This document shows positions 54,500 to 64,000 of a stretch of DNA of 64,000 nucleotides, in pieces (position 1 is the first letter of the stretch; each line of letters starts with the position of its first letter). The notes under the pieces are model-generated. The model searched no databases. It was not told the origin of the DNA and saw only the letters and a list, made by a program, of their open reading frames with translations. The stretch spans positions 9,574 through 73,573 of the forward strand of contig JAOEKQ010000001.1 of assembly GCA_028379895.1 (NCBI GenBank). The letters are read 5' to 3'. A program made the position numbers and the translations under genes. Source of the stretch: Burkholderiales bacterium. Its GTDB lineage: Bacteria > Pseudomonadota > Gammaproteobacteria > Burkholderiales > Eutrophovitaceae.

Positions 54500-54518
54500 G
54501 TCCGCATGCGTGTTGGTT

Positions 54519-55814
54519 TTACTGCGAAACGACTGTATCTTTCGAAAACCGAATTGAAAACTGACTGCCCTTGTTCGTTTTACTTGTTATTTCTAGTTTT
54601 GCGTCATGACGATTAAGGACATGCTTCACGATGGCCAACCCAAGCCCAGTACCGCCAGTTTCTTGTGATCGACTTTTATCGACCCGGTAAAAACGTTCAG
54701 TCAGTCGACTAAGATGTTCTGGTGCGATGCCCACTCCTTGATCTTGACATGAGAAGACCGGCTCGTTGTCTACCAGAGCCCATTTAATGGAGATTGTGCC
54801 GCCGTTAGGCGAGTAGCGTACTGCGTTACTAACTAGGTTTGATAGTGCGCTTCTGATCTCTTCTTCGGACCCAAGGATATTAAGGTTATTCGCAGCTTGA
54901 ACATTAACGATATGATTTTTTGTCGATAATGCCTCTGCTTCTAAGCTGATACTTTGAATGAGGCTTAACATGTTTATTACCTCTCCCTCTGGGGGTTCAG
55001 AGGTTTCAAGACGAGTCAACGCTAAGAGATCAGTGATGAGTCGATTCATCCGATGGCTTTGGTCGGACATTAGTTTTACGCCTCGCGTTAAAAGTTCTGG
55101 GTCGGCGGCGGGGTTATCCTCGAAGGTCTCTAGGAATCCTTGTATGACAGTTAGGGGAGTACGCAGCTCATGAGAGATATTAGCTATAAAGTCGCGTCTT
55201 GTGACCTCGAGTTGTTCTCTTTCTGTAATGTCTCTAGCGAGCAATAGAGACTGATTATCACCAAAAGGTATCATTTGTATTGCGACCAGACGGTCGATAC
55301 CCATTCTAGGTAATCGAAGGTTTAGCGAAGTCTCTAGATCTACGTTGCGCATAAAGTTACGAAATGAGGGCTGTCGGAGCAAATAATCAATTTGAACCCC
55401 TTGATCACGATTAAACGTTATTTGGAAATATTCTTCTGCTTTTGTGTTACACCACTCGATTTGACGTGAATTATTTAATAAAATTACGGCATCCGGCAAC
55501 GCTCGTACGGCTTGCTCAAATCGATCAAGCGCGCGATTAAGTTCAGATTTTGAAAGGCGTTGTTTTTTTTGAATTTTGATAAAACTTTTAAACACTCGAT
55601 CCCAACCGGGATTCAAGCTAGGGAGCGCGTCCCTATTAGGCGAATTAAGCCAGCTATCGAAGAGGGAGAGTTTTTGTCTCTCTGACCATAAGGCGATTAA
55701 TAGCCAAACGCAGAGTGTTGATAAACCGACCGTTAAGCCCCAGATTAACGCAAAAAATCCGGCCGTTAAGATAGGGAAAAACAGTGTTAGTAAAGCGTTT
55801 AACCAGTGTCGCAA
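54519..55814 (-). CDS. phoR: Phosphate regulon sensor kinase PhoR
   Basis: PAS domain, FIANISHELRTPLTV, NLVSNAVRY, RLTERFYRVDKSRS, GTGLGLAI. Confidence 0.95.
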   Translation of the reverse strand: MRHWLNALLTLFFPILTAGFFALIWGLTVGLSTLCVWLLIALWSERQKLSLFDSWLNSPNRDALPSLNPGWDRVFKSFIKIQKKQRLSKSELNRALDRFEQAVRALPDAVILLNNSRQIEWCNTKAEEYFQITFNRDQGVQIDYLLRQPSFRNFMRNVDLETSLNLRLPRMGIDRLVAIQMIPFGDNQSLLLARDITEREQLEVTRRDFIANISHELRTPLTVIQGFLETFEDNPAADPELLTRGVKLMSDQSHRMNRLITDLLALTRLETSEPPEGEVINMLSLIQSISLEAEALSTKNHIVNVQAANNLNILGSEEEIRSALSNLVSNAVRYSPNGGTISIKWALVDNEPVFSCQDQGVGIAPEHLSRLTERFYRVDKSRSQETGGTGLGLAIVKHVLNRHDAKLEITSKTNKGSQFSIRFSKDTVVSQ

Positions 55815-55877
55815 AAGTGAAAAGTACCCATTCGTTAGGTTATATGTCGAATGGTATCAAATTCGAAACTTTAAGAC

Positions 55878-56564
55878 CTAAGACTTAGAAAAACGATAGC
55901 CTGCGCCCCTGACTGTTTGGATATGCTCATCATATCCCGATTTTTCAAGTGCTTGCCTTAATCTACGAATGTGTACGTCTACTGTCCGTTCTTCTACAAA
56001 GACGTGGTCCCCCCAGACTTGATCCAGTAGTTGGGTACGCGTATAGACGCGCTCAGTGTGAGTCATAAAAAAATGTAGTAAGCGAAATTCTGATGGCCCC
56101 ATGCGCAAGGCATCTCCATTAGCCGTTACTCGATGTGTGACTGGGTCGACTTGGAGTCCATTGGTCTCTACAATATCGTCTGTTAGTTGAGGAGCGCGGC
56201 GGCGCAACACTGCTTTGATCCGGGCTACGAGCTCTCTCGGTGAAAATGGTTTCGTAATATAGTCGTCAGCCCCTTTATACAATCCTAGTAGCTTGTCATC
56301 TTCACCTGCTTTTGCGGTGAGCATAATAACAGGCATTGATTGGGTGCGTTTGTTTGACCTGATTCGTTTGATTAAGTCGATGCCACTGGCACCAGGCAGC
56401 ATCCAATCGATTAATGCTAGATTTGGAAGTGCTCGGTCAATTAAGTGAATCGCTTCTTCAACAGAGCTCGCACGCAGTGTGTGATGACCGTTTCGTTTCA
56501 GTGTCACATCGATGAGTTCCGCGATAGCTGGTTCATCTTCAACTATAAGAATAGTACCGGTCAT
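55878..56564 (-). CDS. phoB: Phosphate regulon response regulator PhoB
   Basis: DWMLPG, GADDYITKPFSPREL, ERTVDVHIRRLR, QTVRGAGYRF. Confidence 0.97.
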   Translation of the reverse strand: MTGTILIVEDEPAIAELIDVTLKRNGHHTLRASSVEEAIHLIDRALPNLALIDWMLPGASGIDLIKRIRSNKRTQSMPVIMLTAKAGEDDKLLGLYKGADDYITKPFSPRELVARIKAVLRRRAPQLTDDIVETNGLQVDPVTHRVTANGDALRMGPSEFRLLHFFMTHTERVYTRTQLLDQVWGDHVFVEERTVDVHIRRLRQALEKSGYDEHIQTVRGAGYRFSKS

Positions 56565-56599
56565 TGAATTGTTCGCTATAGTTATTGGATAGGCTAACT

Positions 56600-56633
56600 A
56601 TATTATGACTAATTTGTTACATAAGCATTACTG
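56600..56633 (-). promoter_or_regulatory. Pho box promoter of phoBR
   Basis: Minus strand heptamers at an 11-bp period: CAGTAAT-GCTT-ATGTAAC-AAAT-TAGTCAT; TAATAT -10 exactly 10 nt after the second heptamer. Confidence 0.75.
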
Positions 56634-56646
56634 TTAAGAGGTTAAA

Positions 56647-57021
56647 TTGGAAACAACATCCCCCGCTAATTCTCTAATTCCCACGGACGTCGTGCATCAT
56701 CAAAAAACCCGTACGCTTGAGATCGAATTTAATAACGGCGATAAATTTCTTCTAACTTGTGAGTATTTACGAGTTTTTTCGCCCTCAGCGGAGGTGCGCG
56801 GGCATGGTCCGGGGCAAGAAGTGCTGCAGGTTGGCAAGCAAGAAGTAAACATCAGACATATTGAGGCAGTAGGCCATTACGCGCTGAAACTCTCATTTAC
56901 CGACGGTCATGATACTGGTATTTATTCTTGGGATTACTTATGGTCTCTAGGAAATGAATACGAAGTGAACTGGTCGGATTACTTGGAGCGGCTTAAGCAA
57001 AATGGAGCAACCCGTGGATAA
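56647..57021 (+). CDS. DUF971 / gamma-butyrobetaine hydroxylase-like N-terminal domain protein
   Basis: [34 protein letters not shown]. Confidence 0.92.
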   Translation: METTSPANSLIPTDVVHHQKTRTLEIEFNNGDKFLLTCEYLRVFSPSAEVRGHGPGQEVLQVGKQEVNIRHIEAVGHYALKLSFTDGHDTGIYSWDYLWSLGNEYEVNWSDYLERLKQNGATRG

Positions 57022-57037
57022 ATTACACAGTGTACGT

Positions 57038-57793
57038 ATGAGTGGAGCAAATTTCGATCAATCTGAAACGACTCATTTTGGTTATCAAGAAGTCGCTGAG
57101 TCAGAAAAAAGTAAGAGAGTAGATGAGGTCTTTAGCTCGGTTGCTCGACAATATGACGTAATGAATGACTTGATGTCGGGTGGATTACACCGTTTATGGA
57201 AACGTTTTGCTGTGCAGTTATCTGGAGTTAAAGCAGGGTCGCGTGTTCTAGATATAGCAGGTGGTACAGGAGACTTATCAAAATTATTCCTGGATAAAAT
57301 AGGTCCAAATGGCGAATTATGGCTAACCGATATCAATCTTAAGATGCTCAGCGTGGGCCGAGACCGTATGCTCGATGCCGGCCTATTGCCTCCTGTCTGT
57401 CAGTGCGACGCTGAGTCCCTACCGTATCCAGACGACTATTTTGATTGTGTGACTGTTGCTTTTGGTCTGAGAAACATGACTCATAAAACACGGGCTCTGA
57501 AGGAGATGTATCGAGTAACCCGCCGGGGCGGAAAAGTGATCGTGCTTGAGTTTTCCAAAGTATGGAAGCCTTTAGATAAACTATACGACATGTATTCTTT
57601 CAAGTTAATACCTTTGATGGGTAAGCTTGTTGCTAAGGATGAAGATAGTTATCGTTATCTCGCTGAGTCTATTCGTATGCATCCTGGTCAAGAGGAGCTT
57701 GCGGATATGTTTCGGGACTCGGGATTCGAACAGGTTAGCTACTTTAACCTTGCAGGTGGAGTTGTAGCGGCCCATCGTGGTTTAAAGATTTAG
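57038..57793 (+). CDS. ubiE: Ubiquinone/menaquinone C-methyltransferase UbiE
   Basis: [40 protein letters not shown]; ATG 57038 preferred. Confidence 0.97.
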   Translation: MSGANFDQSETTHFGYQEVAESEKSKRVDEVFSSVARQYDVMNDLMSGGLHRLWKRFAVQLSGVKAGSRVLDIAGGTGDLSKLFLDKIGPNGELWLTDINLKMLSVGRDRMLDAGLLPPVCQCDAESLPYPDDYFDCVTVAFGLRNMTHKTRALKEMYRVTRRGGKVIVLEFSKVWKPLDKLYDMYSFKLIPLMGKLVAKDEDSYRYLAESIRMHPGQEELADMFRDSGFEQVSYFNLAGGVVAAHRGLKI

Positions 57794-57795
57794 TT

Positions 57796-58401
57796 ATGCT
57801 GCCATTAATGATTATCTTGCGTTTTCTCCGACACGTTCTCAACGGATCAACAGATGCGAGACATGCGCTCGCCAGGTATGGTGGGAAAGTTATTTATGTT
57901 GATGCGCCGTTGGGACCGATTGTTGTGCGCATCACAGATGATGGGTTTGTTGAGAGCTATACCGGTGAGGCAGAACCGAGTTTGATTATAAAGCTCACTG
58001 CAGATGTGGTGCTGAATTGGCTCAAAGAAGGCGAATTAGGCTCTAAGGGCGTACGTATTGAAGGTGACGCGCAGTTTGCGGCTGATCTATCGCGAATTGT
58101 GGGTAAGCTTGACTGGGATTATGAGGAGGATATGGCCAATATTTTCGGCGATGTCATTGCTCATCGATTAGGCAAGATGCTGCGAGGTTTCGGGTCTTGG
58201 CTGAGTAGCGCACAGGAATCAATGAAATCGTCAGCAAGTGATTACTTAACCGAGGAGGCCCAGTTATTAGTTACTCCGGTCGGCGTTGAGATGTTTATTC
58301 GTGAAGTTGATGAGGTCTCGGACGGAGTGAATCGTCTTGAAAAGTGTGTAAGTGCGATAGTCCGAATGAGACGAGATAACCAGGAAAATATCGACGTATG
58401 A
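57796..58401 (+). CDS. ubiJ: Ubiquinone biosynthesis accessory factor UbiJ (SCP2 domain)
   Basis: IEGDAQFA, WDYEED, GDVIA, YLTEE; between ubiE and ubiB. Confidence 0.88.
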   Translation: MLPLMIILRFLRHVLNGSTDARHALARYGGKVIYVDAPLGPIVVRITDDGFVESYTGEAEPSLIIKLTADVVLNWLKEGELGSKGVRIEGDAQFAADLSRIVGKLDWDYEEDMANIFGDVIAHRLGKMLRGFGSWLSSAQESMKSSASDYLTEEAQLLVTPVGVEMFIREVDEVSDGVNRLEKCVSAIVRMRRDNQENIDV

Positions 58402-59915
58402 AGTTTTTTCGCGCCTTATACATTTTTGGAATAGCCATACAGTTTGGTCTAGACGAGTTCGCATCGTCGAGTCGGTTTTTAAGAGGGGTTCGAATTGTGA
58501 TCCGAACCGTATTCTTTAAACGTAATTTATCAAGTCCGAGAGGCGAGCGTTTGCGATTCGCGTTAGAAAAACTGGGTCCTATTTTTGTAAAGTTTGGTCA
58601 AGTGCTCTCAACGAGACGGGACATGATTCCGCTGGATATCGCGGATCAACTAGCGTTGTTACAAGACCGTGTTGAGCCATTCTCATCAGTAACAGTTTCT
58701 GAAATTATAAATCAATCGTTTGACGGTGGCATTCATAGCACCTTTCGTGAGTTTGATCTAAAGCCAGTCGCAAGCGCCTCAGTTGCTCAAGTACATTTTG
58801 GTGTATTGGTTGACGGTAAAGAAGTCGCCGTTAAGGTGTTACGGCCCAGCATTATGCGTGTTATCAACCGTGATATCGCCTTACTGGATTGGTTCGCTTT
58901 GGTACTTGCACGTATTCTGCCAGATGGCAAAAGGCTGAAGCCGAGAGAGGTGGTGTCTGAGTTCCAAAGGCACCTGCATGATGAGTTAGATCTAATGCGT
59001 GAGGCTGCAAATGGTAGTCAGTTACGCCGTAATTTCATCGACTCATCTAGCTTAGTTGTACCCGAAATATATTGGGACTATTGCCGTACTAACGTAATGG
59101 TGATGGAGCGTATGTCAGGTATTCCGGTGGGGAAAATAGACGAACTCCGAGCTCAAAATATCGATTTAGAAAAGTTGGCGGCATCAGGTGTCGAGATATT
59201 TTTCACGCAAGTGTTTCGAGACGGTTACTTTCATGCCGATATGCATCCCGGCAATATATTGGTGCAGCACGATGGACGGTATGTTGCGCTCGATTTTGGA
59301 ATCATGGGCACACTTACGGAGGTCGATAAAAATTATCTGGCCCAAAACTTTTTGGCATTTTTCCGACGTGATTATCGTGGGGTCGCCGTAGCGCATGTCG
59401 ATGCGGGTTGGGTCCCTAAAGATACACGCATCGATGATTTCGAAGCAACTATCCGGTTTATTTGTGAGCCAATATTCGATAAACCTCTTAAGGATATTTC
59501 TTTTGGAAGGCTACTTTTAAATTTGTTTCAAGCAGCTAGGCGCTTCAATGTGGAAATACAACCGCAGCTCATTATGCTTCAGAAAACCTTACTTAATGTT
59601 GAGGGGCTCGGCCGGGAGTTAGATCCAAACTTAGATCTATGGAAAACTGCAAAGCCATATTTAGAAAGCTGGATGAAAGAACAAGTCGGGTTTCAGGGCT
59701 TGATTAAACAGCTTAAAAAAGAGGCGCCATTGTGGTCGACAATTCTGCCGCGTTTGCCCCGACTCATTGATGATTATTTATCAAAAGAATCGAACGATGA
59801 GTACGAAGTAAGACAAGATCAAATTAAAGACCTTATCCGTAAAGTACGACTCCTTGGTCTCACCTCTGCAGCGCTAGCGTTGTGCATTTTGACGCTAGCT
59901 TGGTTTCGACTTTAA
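58398..59915 (+). CDS. ubiB: Ubiquinone biosynthesis protein kinase-like UbiB
   Basis: LGPIFVKFGQ, ASASVAQVH, FHADMHPGN, LDFGI. Confidence 0.97.
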   Translation: MKFFRALYIFGIAIQFGLDEFASSSRFLRGVRIVIRTVFFKRNLSSPRGERLRFALEKLGPIFVKFGQVLSTRRDMIPLDIADQLALLQDRVEPFSSVTVSEIINQSFDGGIHSTFREFDLKPVASASVAQVHFGVLVDGKEVAVKVLRPSIMRVINRDIALLDWFALVLARILPDGKRLKPREVVSEFQRHLHDELDLMREAANGSQLRRNFIDSSSLVVPEIYWDYCRTNVMVMERMSGIPVGKIDELRAQNIDLEKLAASGVEIFFTQVFRDGYFHADMHPGNILVQHDGRYVALDFGIMGTLTEVDKNYLAQNFLAFFRRDYRGVAVAHVDAGWVPKDTRIDDFEATIRFICEPIFDKPLKDISFGRLLLNLFQAARRFNVEIQPQLIMLQKTLLNVEGLGRELDPNLDLWKTAKPYLESWMKEQVGFQGLIKQLKKEAPLWSTILPRLPRLIDDYLSKESNDEYEVRQDQIKDLIRKVRLLGLTSAALALCILTLAWFRL

Positions 59916-59958
59916 GTTATATCTTTCGCTTTGTTACCTTTTTGATACAGTCGATCAA

Positions 59959-59992
59959 TTGTAATTAAACCGTAATATCTAACTCCTAATAT
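59959..59992 (+). promoter_or_regulatory. Pho box promoter of the phosphate porin gene
   Basis: TTGTAAT-TAAA-CCGTAAT (11-bp period), then 10 nt, then TAATAT. Confidence 0.7.
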
Positions 59993-60091
59993 CTCCTTAT
60001 CGGAAACGGCGAGTCGTGCGACCGTTTACGCTAAGCCGAGTTTGATCGGTGTAGCACGAAAGATATCTACTATCCATTAAGGAGGCTGTGA

Positions 60092-61411
60092 ATGTTCACA
60101 AGAAGTAAGAAGACTTTGATTGCTGGTGCTGTAGCCAGTGCGCTTGCGATAGTAACTGTTGGTGCGCATGCAAATGAGGTATTGATCGACAAGCTTTATG
60201 AGAAGGGCGTCATTTCAGATATCGAATACAAAGAGATAAAGGCAGACAAGCCTAACGTTGATCCAAATGCGCTAAAAGGTAAGTGGAAAGGCGGTTTCAA
60301 GTGGGAATCTGTAGATAAGAAAAATAAGTTTCAGGTCGCAGGTCGTGTTCAGATGGATTACTACGATTATGACCACGAAAATGAAGAGTCGGAGTACAAC
60401 ATTCGTCGTGTGTATATAGGTGTAAAAGGAACTATTGATCAGATCTGGGGTGTTGAAGCTACATATAATCCCGATGCGAGTAACCTTGAATATGGCTTTT
60501 TGGACTACAAGCCAAGTAAAAAATTTATTACGCGTTTTGGCCAACAAAAGTTTTACGCGGGTTTTGAGGAAGGTACAAGCTCACGGTTTGTTGATTTCCT
60601 TGAGCGCTCGGTTGCAGATGGCCTTCATCCAGGTAAGCAGATAGGTATCCAGATCTTTGGTGAACCTGTTAAGAAAACGTTCTTCTATGCATTAGGTCAT
60701 TACAACGGCGAGGGCTCAAACGCAGGCGAAGCCAATGCAGATAATGACGGCAAGGATACAATGTTGGCCGTTGCATACAATGCCGCGGGCGTACTCGGCT
60801 CTAGCAAAGATGTGATCGCTCATGTTGGCTATGCTACTTCCCAGGGCAGCAGAGACGGGGGTGGAACAATATTTTCACTCGATGGTGAGGCGAGAGGTGA
60901 TACCTTTGGAACGTGGACAACTACTGGAAATTCATTTACCCGGGACTATACCAACGTAGTGGCAGTCGCCGCAAAAGGTCCTTTTAAGTTCATGGCTGAG
61001 CGCACAACTGTAGAGGTTGACGCAGATGGTTCCTCCGGAGAAGTTGAAGCCAGTCAGATGTCCTTAGTGTGGCGCTTGACCGGTGAGCCTTATGCTAAGA
61101 CGTACAGCATGAAGGGTATGAAAGGTGTCAAGCCGAATCAAACTTTTAATGCTAAGGGCGGAATCGGATCTTGGGAAATTGGTATCCGGAAATCAGAATG
61201 GGATGCGCAAGAAGCCGCACCAACTGGCGCAGTTGCCCTTGCTTATGCTGGCTCTGACTTAGTCAAAACTACATCCTTAGGCGTTACCTGGGTTCCGGTG
61301 GAAAAAGTTCGATTTAAGGCGAACTTGGTGACTACTGACTATGGCGACACGCAAGTTGGTGGGGAAACCGAGGAGGAAGCATTTATCTTCAGAGCGCAAA
61401 TTGATTTTTAA
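60092..61411 (+). CDS. OprO/OprP-family phosphate-selective porin
   Basis: Signal peptide, L..KGVIS..EY, GRVQMDY, IRRVYIGVKG, GQQK, TSSRFVDFLERS, W.LTGE, C-terminal RAQIDF; SD AAGGAGG; upstream Pho box. Confidence 0.88.
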   Translation: MFTRSKKTLIAGAVASALAIVTVGAHANEVLIDKLYEKGVISDIEYKEIKADKPNVDPNALKGKWKGGFKWESVDKKNKFQVAGRVQMDYYDYDHENEESEYNIRRVYIGVKGTIDQIWGVEATYNPDASNLEYGFLDYKPSKKFITRFGQQKFYAGFEEGTSSRFVDFLERSVADGLHPGKQIGIQIFGEPVKKTFFYALGHYNGEGSNAGEANADNDGKDTMLAVAYNAAGVLGSSKDVIAHVGYATSQGSRDGGGTIFSLDGEARGDTFGTWTTTGNSFTRDYTNVVAVAAKGPFKFMAERTTVEVDADGSSGEVEASQMSLVWRLTGEPYAKTYSMKGMKGVKPNQTFNAKGGIGSWEIGIRKSEWDAQEAAPTGAVALAYAGSDLVKTTSLGVTWVPVEKVRFKANLVTTDYGDTQVGGETEEEAFIFRAQIDF

Positions 61412-61451
61412 GGAAATTACAAGCGTTTTTTTCAGTATCTCTCCATTTAAG

Positions 61452-61478
61452 AGCCAGCCTTTACGGCTGGCTTTTTTT
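61452..61478 (+). terminator. Intrinsic terminator after the porin gene
   Basis: AGCCAGCC-TTTAC-GGCTGGCT followed by a T run. Confidence 0.88.
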
Positions 61479-61515
61479 GTCAAAAAAATTTTTACGGTGA
61501 CAACAGTGCGCTTAT

Positions 61516-62475
61516 CTATTGCAGAAAGTACTGTCGTTTCAACTCATCTACTAAGTTATTTGTTTGATCGGCGGTAAAATGTTGAATTCCCGCTGCGGTG
61601 TGACGACCGCCACCGGTTTCGAATTTAAGCGCCACACGGTGCGCATTCAAAGGATTGTTTTGAGGCGCTCTAATATTTACTGTATAACCGTCGTTCTTTT
61701 CAGTAAGTATCGCGTGAGCTCGGTTGGGAAATTGATTAGATAGCTCGTTAGCATACAGCCCGTTAATTCGTCTTGACCATTTTGAATTAGGCAGGATTAC
61801 GAGTGCGACGTACTCGTTTATGACGTTTACAGGAGTCCTGCGCGCGGAGGTTAGATCTGCCTCATAATGTTCTTTAAGGGTTGGGAGAAGATCCGTTTCA
61901 GCAACTAAGCTCATAGGCTCATTAAATTGTCGCATAACTTCACACAATTCTTGCGGATGATAATGGAGGTCCTCGATACATGCGCCGTAGCTGTTGTAAT
62001 TGATACACATACCAAGGTCTTTTAAAACGTCTACCGTTACTTGTGATATGCCAAGGGCGGCGGCAAGCGCGTACGCGCTGTCCTGCATATTATCGCCAAA
62101 AGCGGCAACAATAGCCCAATGGACAAAGCGGTTGTTAAGTAATTTATTGATAATAAGACTGCTACATAAGGTCGGGTCAGTATCGATATGCGTGACTAGA
62201 TTAGGATGTTCAGGTATGGCGCCAGAGTGGTGGTGGTCGAACCATTCAACTGAGCATCCTTGATTCAATGCCCTTGTTAAACCGAGTAAGTTGCTATGTA
62301 ACGAAATATCAACCACCGTGAGTTGACTATTGTCGGATAGCACTACATTGTTTAACAACATGTTATCCCGCTTGGCGCCAGTGATGAGGGTCGTTTGCCT
62401 TGGGTAAGCCAATCTGAGCTGCGTAATTCCGCAAAGCCCATCTGCATCGCCATTAAAGATATCAAAATTATTCAT
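61516..62475 (-). CDS. DHH-family phosphoesterase
   Basis: FNGDADG, VVDIS, WFDHH, FGDN, DHHA1-like GGGRHTAAG. Confidence 0.8.
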   Translation of the reverse strand: MNNFDIFNGDADGLCGITQLRLAYPRQTTLITGAKRDNMLLNNVVLSDNSQLTVVDISLHSNLLGLTRALNQGCSVEWFDHHHSGAIPEHPNLVTHIDTDPTLCSSLIINKLLNNRFVHWAIVAAFGDNMQDSAYALAAALGISQVTVDVLKDLGMCINYNSYGACIEDLHYHPQELCEVMRQFNEPMSLVAETDLLPTLKEHYEADLTSARRTPVNVINEYVALVILPNSKWSRRINGLYANELSNQFPNRAHAILTEKNDGYTVNIRAPQNNPLNAHRVALKFETGGGRHTAAGIQHFTADQTNNLVDELKRQYFLQ

Positions 62476-62555
62476 GTTTAATTAATATTTCCGAGGCTTT
62501 ACGTATTGTCTCCGATATAATCCCAGGATAACGGAATTTAAACAATTTATCGCTT

Positions 62556-62864
62556 ATGGGTTTCTATCAGCATCACGTATTTTTTTGTTGTAATCAACGT
62601 ACCGATGGCCGAAGTTCCTGCAACGACCAAGGCTCTCAGGCTTTACGCGACTACGCGAAGGCGAAAATTAAAAGCCTTGGGCTAGCTGGAGCTGGCCGTG
62701 TACGGATTAATCAGTCGGGCTGTCTTGACCGTTGTAACGAAGGCCCAGTAATGGTTGTTTATCCTGAGGAGGTTTGGTACACCTTTATTGATGAGCAGGA
62801 TATTGACGATATTATTGATCAACATTTAGTGGCCGGAAAAATAGTGGAGCGATTAAAAATTTGA
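62556..62864 (+). CDS. Thioredoxin-like [2Fe-2S] ferredoxin
   Basis: HVFFCCNQR..C, GCLDRCNEGP, VVYPE.VWY. Confidence 0.93.
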   Translation: MGFYQHHVFFCCNQRTDGRSSCNDQGSQALRDYAKAKIKSLGLAGAGRVRINQSGCLDRCNEGPVMVVYPEEVWYTFIDEQDIDDIIDQHLVAGKIVERLKI

Positions 62865-63484
62865 ATCGAACAAATGAAGAGCGGTTATTAATTGATGGTC
62901 CATCTGGAAATATTGAACTCGCTCTCAATGAACCCAGTGGCGTTAGTAAGGGGTGCGCCTTGATAGCCCATCCCCATCCTCTTTACGGAGGAACATTGGA
63001 TAACAAGGTAGTTCAAATGTTGGCAAAAGCGTTTAATGCTCTAGGGTTAACGTCTGTTCGTTTTAATTTTAGGGGCGTTGGTGATAGTGATGGTGTGTAC
63101 GACGAAGGAGTCGGAGAGCTCGAAGATTTTAAAAGCGTTCAAAGTTATGCTGTCAAGAGAATTCGACCGGAGCACACAGTTTTTGCAGGGTTTTCTTTTG
63201 GAACTTATATTGTTTCCCAGGCGGCGACCTTGGATTTACCTGACCAACTCGTCTTGATTGCGCCCGCTGTAGGTAAGTTTGAGGTGCTGGATGTGTCCGA
63301 GGAGACTTTAGTCATCCATGGCGAGGAAGATGATGTGGTTTTGTTATCTGATGTCATGAATTGGGCTCGACCGCAGCATGTTCCTGTGACCGTATTTCCA
63401 GGGTCTGGTCATTTTTTTCATGGTGATTTAGTTCGGCTTAAGAATGCGGTCATCAAACATTGTCGCTATCGGTTGTCATCATAG
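62861..63484 (+). CDS. Alpha/beta-fold hydrolase
   Basis: HPHPLYGGT, RFNFRGVG, GFSFG, HGEEDDVV, GHFFHG. Confidence 0.92.
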   Translation: MNRTNEERLLIDGPSGNIELALNEPSGVSKGCALIAHPHPLYGGTLDNKVVQMLAKAFNALGLTSVRFNFRGVGDSDGVYDEGVGELEDFKSVQSYAVKRIRPEHTVFAGFSFGTYIVSQAATLDLPDQLVLIAPAVGKFEVLDVSEETLVIHGEEDDVVLLSDVMNWARPQHVPVTVFPGSGHFFHGDLVRLKNAVIKHCRYRLSS

Positions 63485-63507
63485 CTTAGTAAAGGAGAGA
63501 CTTTATC

Positions 63508-63927
63508 TTGATGGCCATCATAAAAGCTACGCACATAATAGTCATGGTGACTTGGTTTGCTGGGTTATTTTATTTGCCACGACTATTCGTCTACCATGCG
63601 ATGTCATCGGACCAAATTAGTCTGGACCGTTTTAAAATCATGGAACGAAAGCTTTTTTACGGGATTATGACTCCCGGGGCGATACTGACCATTATTACGG
63701 GGTTTTGGCTCTTGATGGGGGGGTGGGGATTCGGTAGTTTCTGGGTTCAAGCGAAGTTGGGTCTTGTGGCGATATTGGTTGTTTACCACATATGGTGTGG
63801 GACTCTAGTTAAAAGTTTTAAGCATGATCAAAATATTCATTCCCATGTTTGGTATCGCTGGTTTAATGAATTTCCTGTATTGATTTTAGTTGCGGTTGTT
63901 TTTTTAGTAGTTCTGAAGCCGTCATGA
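63508..63927 (+). CDS. hemJ: Protoporphyrinogen oxidase HemJ
   Basis: HII.MVTWFAGLFYLPRLFVYH, MERKL, RWFNEFP, VVLKP. Confidence 0.92.
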   Translation: MMAIIKATHIIVMVTWFAGLFYLPRLFVYHAMSSDQISLDRFKIMERKLFYGIMTPGAILTIITGFWLLMGGWGFGSFWVQAKLGLVAILVVYHIWCGTLVKSFKHDQNIHSHVWYRWFNEFPVLILVAVVFLVVLKPS

Positions 63928-63937
63928 TGAAACGAAA

Positions 63938-64000
63938 ATGAGCGAATCCGATTCTCGCATAAAGCATAATTTGCATAGTGTTCGTGGCCGTATTTCATCC
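63938..64000 (+). CDS. yggS: Probable YggS/PLP homeostasis protein, N-terminus only (truncated by window)
   Basis: Own translation MSESDSRIKHNLHSVRGRISS resembles the I..NL..V..RI start of YggS; only 21 codons visible. Confidence 0.55.
   Translation, partial: MSESDSRIKHNLHSVRGRISS

Noticed and set aside
57013-57021. DnaA-box-like CGTGGATAA
   Set aside because: A single mismatched copy at the end of a coding region, with no box cluster or unwinding element

Overview
A gene-dense core chromosomal region of a free-living proteobacterium. Protein sequences and gene order point to a compact betaproteobacterium, possibly Nitrosomonadales-related (inference). In order: 3' part of mnmG, rsmG, parAB; the complete atpIBEFHAGDC operon; a Liv-type ABC importer with an M20 amidohydrolase, a MatB-like acyl-CoA synthetase and a PHD-like 2OG oxygenase; zapB-zapA-6S RNA-EVE-tauE; a cobalamin riboswitch ahead of a TonB-dependent receptor; msbA; a TauD-family dioxygenase; a LigI-like amidohydrolase; polA, thrB, uvrD, an orphan phosphoribulokinase; leuS-lptE, metXW, ampG, xth/pyrE, gatCAB, mreBCD-mrdA-rodA; a PfkB kinase, apaH, cytochrome c5, phoBR, ubiE-J-B; a Pho-box-preceded OprO/P porin; a DHH phosphoesterase, a ferredoxin, hemJ and the start of yggS. 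I found no rRNA, tRNA, CRISPR array, transposase, integrase or prophage by eye. No unmistakably new multi-gene system is evident. The best candidates for follow-up are the Liv-M20-MatB module, the divergent orphan PRK, the xth/pyrE start codons sharing one CATG, the anomalous rodA start and the lone B12 receptor followed by msbA. All comparisons with reference proteins and gene orders are from memory, not database searches.
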